Below, in pieces: positions 8,057-15,491 of a stretch of 24,000 nucleotides of DNA. The notes under the pieces were generated by a model that ran no database searches, was not told the DNA's origin, and saw only the letters and a program-made list of their open reading frames with translations. Where the stretch lies: contig DATKUU010000078.1 in the NCBI GenBank assembly GCA_035530455.1, positions 16,239 through 40,238 on the forward strand, in the 5' to 3' direction. The translations under genes and the position numbers were made by a program. How positions within the stretch are numbered: position 1 is the stretch's first letter; the number at the start of each line of letters is the position of its first letter. The DNA is from Phycisphaerae bacterium. Lineage in GTDB: Bacteria > Planctomycetota > Phycisphaerae > FEN-1346.

Positions 8057-8183
8057 ATCTCAACGCAGAGATCGCAGAGGGCGCAGAGAAAAACTTTCAA
8101 GATACTAAAAATACTTTTCCACTTCCCAACCCTTGCCGTTCTCTGCGATCTCTGCGTCCTCTGCGTTGAAAAACACAGCGTAA
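8057..8183. repeat. Structured intergenic repeat, copy A (long imperfect hairpin built from CGCAGAG/CTCTGCG units around an AT-rich loop)
   Basis: The left arm 8060-8090 (tcaacgcagagatcgcagagggcgcagagaa) pairs with the right arm 8139-8169 (ttctctgcgatctctgcgtcctctgcgttga). Of 31 positions, 27 are Watson-Crick and 1 is G-T. The 48-nt loop is AT-rich. The element is co-linear with copy B at 12305-12420. Confidence 0.85.
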
Positions 8184-8192
8184 TACAAGCGG

Positions 8193-9338
8193 CTATCGGA
8201 GTTTCAACGTCGCGAGCGCCAGGGCGGCAAACATCGCCCCGATGAGCCAGAACCGGACGACCGTCTGCGTCTCGGTCCAGCCTTTCAACTGGAAGTGAAA
8301 GTGCATAGGGCTCATCAGGAGGATGCGCTTGCCGCCCGTCAGTTTGAAGCACGCGACCTGGCCTATGACACTGAGGGCCTCCAGGACAAAAAGCCCCCCC
8401 GCAATCAAGAGCAGCATCTCCTGCCGCGTCGCCAGCGCCACGTACCCGATGGCTCCGCCGAGCGCCAGGCTGCCCGTGTCGCCCATGAACACCTGGGCCG
8501 GGGCGCAGTTGTACCAGAGGAACCCGAGGCTCGCCCCCAGGAGCGCGCCGCAGAAGATCGCCAGTTCGCCCGCCCCGGGCACGTGGGGCAGGAAGAGGTA
8601 CGACGCATAGTCCGGACGCCCCGCGACGTAACTGATGATGAGAAAGACGACCGCCGGCGGGACCATGCTCCCGATCGCCAGGCCGTCCATCCCATCGGTC
8701 AGGTTCACCGCGTTGCTCGTGCCGGCGACGACGAGGACGGCGATGACGGCAAAAGCAATGGGACCGAGGAAAATCGGAAACTTGTAGAACGGGAGGTTCA
8801 GGGCGATGCCCCGCTCCTCGGTTTCCGGCAGGCGGATGGTGTCCCGCCCGACGTGGTAGAGAAAAATCGCCAGGACCACCGCCAGCGCGATCTGGAAGAC
8901 GAGTTTCTCCCACATCCGCAGGCCGTCGCGGCTTTTCTTGACCAGTTTCAGGTAATCGTCCACCCCGCCCAGGACGCCCAGCCACACCACCGTCACGAGA
9001 CCCAGGAAGACGTGGAAGTTCTGAATGTCGGCCCAGAGGAGGGTGGAAAGGACGATGGCCGGCAGCATCAGGATGCCGCCCATCGTCGGCGTGCCGGCCT
9101 TCGAGGCGTACATGCGGTCCACGACCTCGTGCTTGAAATCCACCGCGCCGCCCACCTTCAGCCGCCTGAGCATCCGAATCACCGACGGCGCGAACGCCAT
9201 GCAGATGAAGAAACTCGTCACCACCCCGAACGCCGTCCGGAACGTCTGGTACCGGAACACGTTCGCAAACCGGTCCAGACCGTGCGCTTCGAGGAACAGG
9301 CGAACCACTTCGACTTTGAAGAGCAGCCAGTAGATCAT
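8193..9338 (-). CDS. mraY: Phospho-N-acetylmuramoyl-pentapeptide transferase
   Basis: Motifs are NAVNLTDGMDGLA, FMGDTGSLALGG and SPMHFHFQLKGW. ATG at 9336-9338 overlaps the murF stop (ATGA). The 75-codon upstream extension in the track lies inside murF and is Gly/Arg-rich. Confidence 0.92.
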   Translation of the reverse strand: MIYWLLFKVEVVRLFLEAHGLDRFANVFRYQTFRTAFGVVTSFFICMAFAPSVIRMLRRLKVGGAVDFKHEVVDRMYASKAGTPTMGGILMLPAIVLSTLLWADIQNFHVFLGLVTVVWLGVLGGVDDYLKLVKKSRDGLRMWEKLVFQIALAVVLAIFLYHVGRDTIRLPETEERGIALNLPFYKFPIFLGPIAFAVIAVLVVAGTSNAVNLTDGMDGLAIGSMVPPAVVFLIISYVAGRPDYASYLFLPHVPGAGELAIFCGALLGASLGFLWYNCAPAQVFMGDTGSLALGGAIGYVALATRQEMLLLIAGGLFVLEALSVIGQVACFKLTGGKRILLMSPMHFHFQLKGWTETQTVVRFWLIGAMFAALALATLKLR

Positions 9339-10765
9339 CGCCCGTCTCCGCCCGTCCGCCCGAGCGCCGCCGCCAACGCCTCCGCCACCTGCTCCATCCG
9401 CATCGCCCGCGACCCTTTGACGAGGACGACGTCGCCGGACCTCACGAGGTCCGCGGCCACCCCAGCCGCCTCCGCCGCGGTCGCATACGCCGAGACGGCG
9501 CTCTGGGGCATTCCCGCGGCAACGGCCGACCGCGCCGTTGCGCGCGCCTCCGTGCCCACGCACACGAGCCGCCGGACGCCCGCCTCGGCGGCCGCGCGAC
9601 CCAGGGCGGCATGGGCCTCGGCGCTCGCGGCGCCCAGTTCCCGCATGTCGCCGCAGAAAAACACCTTCCGCCGCTCCGGCCAGAGCCGCATCAGATCCAG
9701 CGCCGCCCGCATGCTCTCGGGGTTGGCATTATACGCATCGTTGACGACAACCACGCCGCCCGTCTCCTCGACCGCCAGTCGCATCGGCGGCGGGCGGAAC
9801 GTCTGGAGCGCTTCGGCCGTCGCCTCGAAGCCGACGCCCAGTTCGCGCGCCACCGCCGCCGCCGCTAGCGCCAGCCCCACCTGGTGTTCCCCGCATACCG
9901 GCATCAGGAACCCGACGCCCTCCCCCGCCGCCGTCCCGGCGCGCCGGGACTCGACGAGCGTAAACTGAATGCCCTCGGATGTTTGAACGACATCCTGGGC
10001 TTGCAAGTCCGCCCCTTCCCCGAGGCCGAAGGTCACGACCCGCGCGCGCGTCCGCCGGCGCATCGCCTCGACGCGGGCGTCGTCGGCATTCAGCACCGCC
10101 AGGCCCTCCGGCGGCAGCGCCTCCACAAGCGCCGCCTTCTCCTTGGCCACGCCCTCGAGCGAACCGAGGCCCTCCAGGTGCGCTGCACCCACGAGCGTCA
10201 CGACTCCGACCGTCGGCCGGGCCAGATGCGCCAGACTCGCAATCTCGCCCGGCGCGTTCGTCCCGAACTCGCACACAACATACTCGTCGTCCTCCTCGGC
10301 CGCCAGAAGCGTCAGCGGCACGCCGATGAGGTTGTTGAAACTCTTGGGCGGCAGTCGGCCCTTCAGACGCCGCCCCAGCGCCTGCCCGATCATCTCCTTG
10401 AGCGTCGTCTTGCCGCACGAACCCGTGATGGCGATGACCGGACACGCCAGGCGCGCCCGCGCCTCCCGCCCAAGCGCCCCGAGCGCTTCGGGCGTGTCGG
10501 CGACGCGGACCACGGCCGGCCCCCCCGCGCCCTTGCGCGCGGGCAACGTCTCTGGCCAGTCAATCACCAGGCACGCCGCGCCGCGCTCCACCGCCTCGGC
10601 CAGGAACGCGTGCCCGTCGTGCCGCTCGCCGCGCAGCGCGAGGAACGTCTCGCCGCGCTCCAGCGTGCGCGAATCCGTTGCGACGCATCCAGCCGGCGCA
10701 TCCGGCGACCCGGCCAGGAGTTCCCCGCCTGTCGCCTCGGCGATTTCGCCCACCGTGAACCGCAT
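9335..10765 (-). CDS. murF: UDP-N-acetylmuramoyl-tripeptide--D-alanyl-D-alanine ligase
   Basis: Motifs are VIAITGSCGKTTLKEM (P-loop) and NDAYNANPESM. The N-terminus reads FTVGEIAEATGGEL...DSRTLERGETFLALRGERHDGHAF. GAGGGG lies upstream of the ATG. Confidence 0.9.
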   Translation of the reverse strand: MRFTVGEIAEATGGELLAGSPDAPAGCVATDSRTLERGETFLALRGERHDGHAFLAEAVERGAACLVIDWPETLPARKGAGGPAVVRVADTPEALGALGREARARLACPVIAITGSCGKTTLKEMIGQALGRRLKGRLPPKSFNNLIGVPLTLLAAEEDDEYVVCEFGTNAPGEIASLAHLARPTVGVVTLVGAAHLEGLGSLEGVAKEKAALVEALPPEGLAVLNADDARVEAMRRRTRARVVTFGLGEGADLQAQDVVQTSEGIQFTLVESRRAGTAAGEGVGFLMPVCGEHQVGLALAAAAVARELGVGFEATAEALQTFRPPPMRLAVEETGGVVVVNDAYNANPESMRAALDLMRLWPERRKVFFCGDMRELGAASAEAHAALGRAAAEAGVRRLVCVGTEARATARSAVAAGMPQSAVSAYATAAEAAGVAADLVRSGDVVLVKGSRAMRMEQVAEALAAALGRTGGDGR

Positions 10766-10804
10766 CCGCCGCCCCTCACCCGGCTTCGTCCCGGCGCGCC
10801 GGGA

Positions 10805-12277
10805 CTACGCCGTGGCAGGCCCGCCATCACCCCCAGAGAGAATCCCGCCCGCCACCTCGCGGTCGTCGAACGGGAAGGTGCCCTCGCGCGTCTCCTGGTA
10901 CGTCTCGTGCCCCTTGCCGGCAATCAACACGACGTCTCCCTCGCGTGCCTCGCCGAGGGCCAGCGCGATCGCCCGGCGACGGTCCAGTTCCACCGTCGCA
11001 GCCTCGCGCGACGAGAAACCGTTGAGAATCTCCTCCGCAATCGCCTGCGGGTCCTCCTTCCGTGGATTATCGTTCGTGACGATCATCCGGTCGGCGAGTT
11101 TCTCGGCGACTTTGGCCATCTCGGGCCGCTTCTGCCGGTCCCGGTTCCCCCCGCACCCGAACACCAGGATCACCCGCCGCGGACCCAGCGCCCGCACCGC
11201 CTCCAGCGCGTTCTCCAGGGCATCGGCCGTGTGCGCGTAGTCCACAAGGACCGTGAACGGCCGGTCGGACGGCACAGGTTCCAGGCGCCCCCGCACGGTC
11301 GCTAGCGCCCCGATGCCGGCGACGACGGCCTCCAGCGGGACCGCCAGCGCCTCGGCGATCGCCGCCGCCGTCAGGCAATTGAGCACGTTGTGGCGCCCCA
11401 GCAGCGGCGTCCGCACCGCCGCACGCCCCCGCGGCACGCAGAGCGCAAAGCGGCTGCCCCCCAGGTCCGTGACGACCTCCTCCGCACGCACGTCGGCCGG
11501 CTCGTCCAGGCCGTACCACAGCACGCGCGCCCGAGTCGCCTCGGCGAACGAGCGGCTCGCCTCGTCGTCGGCGTTCAGGACCGCCCACGCCTCCGGCGCG
11601 AGATCCGCGAACAGCCGGCCCTTCGCCTGGCGGTACGACGGCATGTCCTTGTGATAGTCCAGGTGCTCCGGCGTCAGGTTCGTGAACGCTCCGACCTGGA
11701 ACCGGATGCCCGCCGTCCGCCGCTGGTCGAGCGCATGGCTCGAAACTTCCATCACCGCCGCTTCCAGGCCGCTCTCCGCCATCTCGGCAAAGTACGAGGC
11801 CAGGTCCATCGCGTCCGGCGTCGTCATCCGCGATGGAATCCACCGCTCGCCGATTCTGTACCCGATCGTCCCCAGGAGACCGGTCCCCTGGCCCGCCTTC
11901 TCGAGGATACTCCGCACGAGGTACGTCGTGGTGGTTTTTCCGTTGGTGCCCGTGATGCCGACGACCGTCAGCCGCTCCGTCGGGTCGCCCGCCAGCGCGT
12001 GGGCAGCCACCCCCAGCGCCTCGCGCGCATCAGGAACCACCAGGAGCGCCGGGTTAAGCGGCAGGGGCACCGGCCGCTCCACCATCGCCGCCGAGGCGCC
12101 CGCCTCCAGCGCCGCCTGGACGAACCGGTGGCCGTCCACACGCGTTCCCGGAAGCGCGACGAAAAGGTCCCCAGGCCGGACCTGGCGCGAATCGTGCACG
12201 GCGCGCGCAACCTCGACGTCCCGCGCGCCCAGGACGCGCGAGCCGACAATCCGCTTCGCCAGGTCCGAAAGTTTCAT
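10805..12277 (-). CDS. murE: UDP-N-acetylmuramoyl-L-alanyl-D-glutamate--2,6-diaminopimelate ligase
   Basis: Motifs are VVGITGTNGKTTTTYL, DYAHTADAL, GCGGNRDRQKRPEM and TNDNPRKEDP. The DNPR motif is typical of meso-DAP-adding MurE. I prefer ATG at 12275-12277 because of the SD TTAAGGGAAG. The alternative is GTG at 12298. Confidence 0.9.
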   Translation of the reverse strand: MKLSDLAKRIVGSRVLGARDVEVARAVHDSRQVRPGDLFVALPGTRVDGHRFVQAALEAGASAAMVERPVPLPLNPALLVVPDAREALGVAAHALAGDPTERLTVVGITGTNGKTTTTYLVRSILEKAGQGTGLLGTIGYRIGERWIPSRMTTPDAMDLASYFAEMAESGLEAAVMEVSSHALDQRRTAGIRFQVGAFTNLTPEHLDYHKDMPSYRQAKGRLFADLAPEAWAVLNADDEASRSFAEATRARVLWYGLDEPADVRAEEVVTDLGGSRFALCVPRGRAAVRTPLLGRHNVLNCLTAAAIAEALAVPLEAVVAGIGALATVRGRLEPVPSDRPFTVLVDYAHTADALENALEAVRALGPRRVILVFGCGGNRDRQKRPEMAKVAEKLADRMIVTNDNPRKEDPQAIAEEILNGFSSREAATVELDRRRAIALALGEAREGDVVLIAGKGHETYQETREGTFPFDDREVAGGILSGGDGGPATA

Positions 12278-12304
12278 CGGGGCTTCCCTTAATTCCACAA
12301 CGCC

Positions 12305-12420
12305 ATCTCAACGCGGAGACCGCAGAGAAAAACAGTCAAGATACTAATGTATTTTCCCGTTCCCCAATCCTTGCCGTTCTCTGCGTTCTCTGCGCTCTCC
12401 GCGTTGAAAACACAGCGTTA
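12305..12420. repeat. Structured intergenic repeat, copy B (same family and orientation as 8057-8183)
   Basis: Blocks shared with copy A are atctcaacgc[a/g]gaga[t/c]cgcagag, tcaagatacta, ccttgccgttctctgcg, gcgttgaaaa and cacagcgt. The left arm is 12308-12329 (two units). The right arm is 12377-12407 (three units). The right end abuts or includes the ftsI stop (12418-12420). Confidence 0.85.
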
Positions 12421-14160
12421 ATCACTCGCCAAACTCGTCGGCGGGCGCTCGTGGACCGTCTCGCGCGGCGCGACGCCCAGGTACGGAAGCGCTTCCGCCA
12501 GAATCTTCTTCGCCGCCGGCGCCGCCACCGTCCCGCCGTAGTATCCCAGCGACCGGTCGGGCTCGTTGACCGCAACGAGCACGACGACGCGCGGGTTCTC
12601 GGCCGGCGCGCCCGCGAGAAAAGAGCCGATGAAGCGCGTGTGGCTGACAGCCCCGGTCTCTGGATCAATCTTCTGGGCCGTCCCCGTCTTGCCGAAGACG
12701 CGGTAGCCCTCGACCTGGCAGGCTGTCCCCGTTCCGCGCTCCACCACGCCGACGAGCACCTTCTCGATCATCGTCCGCGCGGTCTCGGGCCGGAGGGCCT
12801 GGCCGACGACCTGGGGCTTTGCGAGGTCGGCGACGACCTCGCCGCACCCGTCCAGCGCGCCGCGCACGATTTGGGGGCGGACCAGCCGCCCCTGGTTCGC
12901 AATCGCCGCAAACGCCGTCACCAACTGGAGCGGGGTGGCGCTGAACTCCTGGCCGAACGGAATCCGCGTCGTCGAGTACCTGGTCCACCGCGCCAGGGGA
13001 TAGACGCGCCCTGCGCTCTCGCCGGCCAGCCAGACGCCCGTCCGCCGGCCGAATCCGAATCCCATCAGCGCCTCGTACAGCCGCTCGTTGCCGAGACGCT
13101 TCCCCAATTTCGCCATGCCGATGTTGCTCGATTTGATGACGATGTCTTCGAACGCGAGGTTCCCGTAGCGGTGGCCGGCGTCGTGGAGCCGCTCGGCCGC
13201 CCAGAACCCGTCCTCGCAATAGAGGACCTCGCCGAGGCGGACGACGCCCCGCTCCAGCGCCACGGCCGCAATGAACGGTTTCCCCGTGCTGCCGGGCGGC
13301 GACGGGTCCGTCACCGCGCGGTTCCGCCGCGCGTCCGCAGGGTACGCATCGTAACGGTTGGGGTCATAGGTCGGCACGTTGGCCATCGCCAGGATCGCGC
13401 CCGTCCGCGGGTCCATCACGATCGCCGTCGCGCTCGCCGCGCGGAACTTCTCGCAGGCCTCGGCGACGGCCTCCTCAGCCACGGACTGGAGGACCGCGTC
13501 AATCGTCAGCACCAGGTGCTGGCCGTCCTCGGCCGGGACAAACTGGTCCGGCTCGGACCATATGGGCCGGCGCCGCCCGTCGGCCAGGACATAGGCGCGT
13601 CCGTCGCGGCCGCGCAAGCGCTCGTCGAACAGCCGCTCCACGCCCTCCAGGCCCTGTTCCTCCTGGCCGACAAACCCCAGGACGTGGGCGGCCAGACTCC
13701 CGTACGCGTAGTGCCGCTCCCCTTCCGCCACCAGGCCGATGCCGTACACCCTCAGCCGGCGCACGGCCTCGGCCAGTTCCGGCGAGACGCGCCGCGCCAG
13801 CCACACGAACCGCCGCTTCGGATCCTCCGTGAAGAGCCGGTACAGCACGTCGGGGTCCATGCCGAGAACGGGAGCGGCCTTGGCGGCCGCGTCAGCCGGG
13901 TTCGAGATGACAAACGGGTCGGCGAAGACGCTCTCCACCTCGACGCTCGTGGCCAGAATCCGCAGCTTAGCATCCAGGATGCTTCCGCGCATCGCGCGGA
14001 TCGGCATCTGCATGTGCATCTGCTGGGCCGCTCGCCGCGCCAGCGGCTCGGGAACCACCACCTGGATGTACGCCAACCACCCGCCGAGCCCGGCCAGAAA
14101 CAGGCCGAGCGACCCGACGAGCAGGCGGGCGGCTCGGCGTTGACGGATGGCCTCAATCAC
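12418..14160 (-). CDS. ftsI: Class B penicillin-binding protein / peptidoglycan D,D-transpeptidase FtsI
   Basis: An N-terminal TM anchor (LLVGSLGLFLAGLGGWLAYIQVV) is present, with the transpeptidase triad motifs STGKPF (SxxK), SSN and KTGT. GTG start at 14158-14160 has AAGGGG upstream. Confidence 0.9.
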   Translation of the reverse strand: MIEAIRQRRAARLLVGSLGLFLAGLGGWLAYIQVVVPEPLARRAAQQMHMQMPIRAMRGSILDAKLRILATSVEVESVFADPFVISNPADAAAKAAPVLGMDPDVLYRLFTEDPKRRFVWLARRVSPELAEAVRRLRVYGIGLVAEGERHYAYGSLAAHVLGFVGQEEQGLEGVERLFDERLRGRDGRAYVLADGRRRPIWSEPDQFVPAEDGQHLVLTIDAVLQSVAEEAVAEACEKFRAASATAIVMDPRTGAILAMANVPTYDPNRYDAYPADARRNRAVTDPSPPGSTGKPFIAAVALERGVVRLGEVLYCEDGFWAAERLHDAGHRYGNLAFEDIVIKSSNIGMAKLGKRLGNERLYEALMGFGFGRRTGVWLAGESAGRVYPLARWTRYSTTRIPFGQEFSATPLQLVTAFAAIANQGRLVRPQIVRGALDGCGEVVADLAKPQVVGQALRPETARTMIEKVLVGVVERGTGTACQVEGYRVFGKTGTAQKIDPETGAVSHTRFIGSFLAGAPAENPRVVVLVAVNEPDRSLGYYGGTVAAPAAKKILAEALPYLGVAPRETVHERPPTSLASD

Positions 14161-14205
14161 GCGGTTGTCCCCTTGGCGCCCGGCCGGGCGGCCGCACGTC
14201 TCACG

Positions 14206-14478
14206 CTACGGCGGCACCGGGCTCACCGCTGCGCCTGGAAGCCTGTCGCTCTCGCCCGTCTGCCAGGCGGTCGCGTGCTCGCGGAGGCGTTCCGGGCTCT
14301 TCAGCATCGCCACGGCCAGTTCGAGCCGGCCGCACTCCTTCTCCAGGGCCCGCTTCTCGCGGAACAGGCTGTGCAGCCGGTTCCCGGCGCACGCCACGTC
14401 CGTCCGCAGATGAACGAGGGCCAAGGCGATTCCGAGCAGCAGGACCGCCACCGCCCCCAGCCGCACGCCCAGCCTCAT
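14206..14478 (-). CDS. ftsL: FtsL-like bitopic cell-division protein (90 aa)
   Basis: An N-terminal TM helix (LGAVAVLLLGIALALVHL) is followed by a heptad-like helix (LHSLFREKRALEKECGRLELAVAMLKSPERLREHA). It occupies the canonical slot immediately upstream of ftsI. Its ATG overlaps the stop of the LysM gene (ATGA). Confidence 0.65.
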   Translation of the reverse strand: MRLGVRLGAVAVLLLGIALALVHLRTDVACAGNRLHSLFREKRALEKECGRLELAVAMLKSPERLREHATAWQTGESDRLPGAAVSPVPP

Positions 14479-15491
14479 CGCATCGCCACCTGTTCTCCGG
14501 CCGCGCCCGACGACACCCCTTCCAGCAGGAGGATCTTCTGCCCCGCCCGCAACTGCCGAGGGTCCGCCACCAGGTGCTTATTCTTCGCCTGCAAGAGCCG
14601 CGCGTACCGCGGGCTCCCGTACAGGTGCTCCGCAATGCTGTAGAACGTGTCGCCGCGCTCGACGGTGTACATCACCGGCAGAGGCGCCGGCGACTCCACC
14701 AGGTCCGAGCCCGAGCCGAGCATCTCCGCCAACTCCCCGGTCGTCATCGAAGGCACGTCCTCCCGCGCCAGCGCCGTCGGGGCGGAAGGCGCTAGCGGCC
14801 CTTGCGTCGCCTCGGCGCCGGGGATGACGAGTTCCTGGCCCGGCACGAGACGGTTCGGGTCGCTCAGACGCTCCCGATTCGCCTCGTAAATCTGCCGCCA
14901 TAGCCGCTCGCCGTCCGACCCGTAGAACCGGCGCGCGATCGCCGCCAGCGTGTCGTTCGACCGGACGCGATACATGGCGGGCTGCGGCGCGGAAGGCGCG
15001 GGCGCCTCCTGCGACAGGCTTTCGGCAAGGCGGACTATCTCCTCCACCGGCGTCTCCATCTCGACGGGGACGGCGGCGATGATGCCCGTCGGCTCCGCCT
15101 CGGAGGCCGCCGCTTCGGCCACCGCGACCGGCGCGCCGCCATCGGCGGGCGCCGGCATCGGTTCCTCACGGGTTTCGGCAACCGCCTCAATCGGCGGCGA
15201 ACCGGCGATCTCCAGGACGCTCGACTCCAGGAACGGATCCACGTTCTCGCGCAGGGTGCGGGCGAGGATGCTGTACTTTCGGCTCTCGCCCGTCGGAAGA
15301 CTGGCGTGCTCGCTGCCCGCACGAAGGCTCAGGATGAGACCAAACAGGCCGATGAACACTAGCCCCACGACCAATCCGATTTGTGTTTCGCGCGCCACGG
15401 TGCCGCTCCCACTGGTCCGACCGTTCCCCAGACTCCCCGATCCCGGCACGCCGGGACCGCCCGCGCCCCGCGGGCGACTTCCTTCCCGCAT
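14475..15491 (-). CDS. Bitopic membrane protein with two C-terminal LysM peptidoglycan-binding domains (338 aa)
   Basis: One TM helix is present (IGLVVGLVFIGLFGLILSL, about aa 37-56), followed by a Pro/Ala/Glu-rich linker. LysM-like repeat 1 is YRVRSNDTLAAIARRFYGSDGERLWRQIYEANRERLSDPNRLVPGQELVIP (nt 14820-14972). Repeat 2 is YTVERGDTFYSIAEHLYGSPRYARLLQAKNKHLVADPRQLRAGQKILL (nt 14526-14669). The start overlaps the rsmH stop (TAATG). Confidence 0.8.
   Translation of the reverse strand: MREGSRPRGAGGPGVPGSGSLGNGRTSGSGTVARETQIGLVVGLVFIGLFGLILSLRAGSEHASLPTGESRKYSILARTLRENVDPFLESSVLEIAGSPPIEAVAETREEPMPAPADGGAPVAVAEAAASEAEPTGIIAAVPVEMETPVEEIVRLAESLSQEAPAPSAPQPAMYRVRSNDTLAAIARRFYGSDGERLWRQIYEANRERLSDPNRLVPGQELVIPGAEATQGPLAPSAPTALAREDVPSMTTGELAEMLGSGSDLVESPAPLPVMYTVERGDTFYSIAEHLYGSPRYARLLQAKNKHLVADPRQLRAGQKILLLEGVSSGAAGEQVAMR

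Noticed and set aside
8091-8138. A possible internal promoter lies in the repeat loop, reading toward ftsW and murE. On the minus strand it is TTGGGA-N16-TAGTAT in copy A and TTGGGG-N15-TAGTAT in copy B.
   Set aside because: The TAGTAT and TCTTGA blocks are conserved between copies, but the -35 is weak and the spacer is short and differs between copies. The site would also be buried in the loop of a strong hairpin. This cannot be supported from sequence alone, so I leave it as a possibility for TSS mapping.
8060-8169. The tandem CTCTGCG-containing units could be a small CRISPR-like array.
   Set aside because: The units are only 9-10 nt and directly abutting, with no unique spacers. The two arms are reverse complements of each other. 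No cas genes are present. This is a hairpin-forming repeat, not a CRISPR array.
8047-8985. A 312-aa minus-strand ORF runs from inside mraY through repeat copy A. The 110-aa ORF 12336-12668 through copy B is analogous.
   Set aside because: They are out of frame with mraY and ftsI. Their C-terminal parts (QRTQRSQRTARVGKWK...LCALCDLCVEIAL) are just translations of the tandem CGCAGAG/CTCTGCG units. These are repeat artefacts, not genes.
9339-9563. The ORF track gives long N-terminal extensions for mraY (to 9563), murG (to 6925), murB (to 4227), ddl (to 3163), murC (to 5642), ftsW (to 8063), murE (to 12298) and mraZ (to 17403).
   Set aside because: The extensions overlap the upstream gene or intergenic repeats and are low-complexity G/R/P/A sequence. 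Internal ATG or GTG codons with SD motifs give N-termini that align with the respective protein families.
12451-14643. A 730-aa plus-strand ORF spans the whole of ftsI, ftsL and part of the LysM gene.
   Set aside because: It is antisense to genes with clear family motifs. The translation is Arg/Pro/Ala/Gly-rich low-complexity sequence with no motifs. Long stop-free antisense frames are expected in very GC-rich DNA because stop codons are AT-rich.
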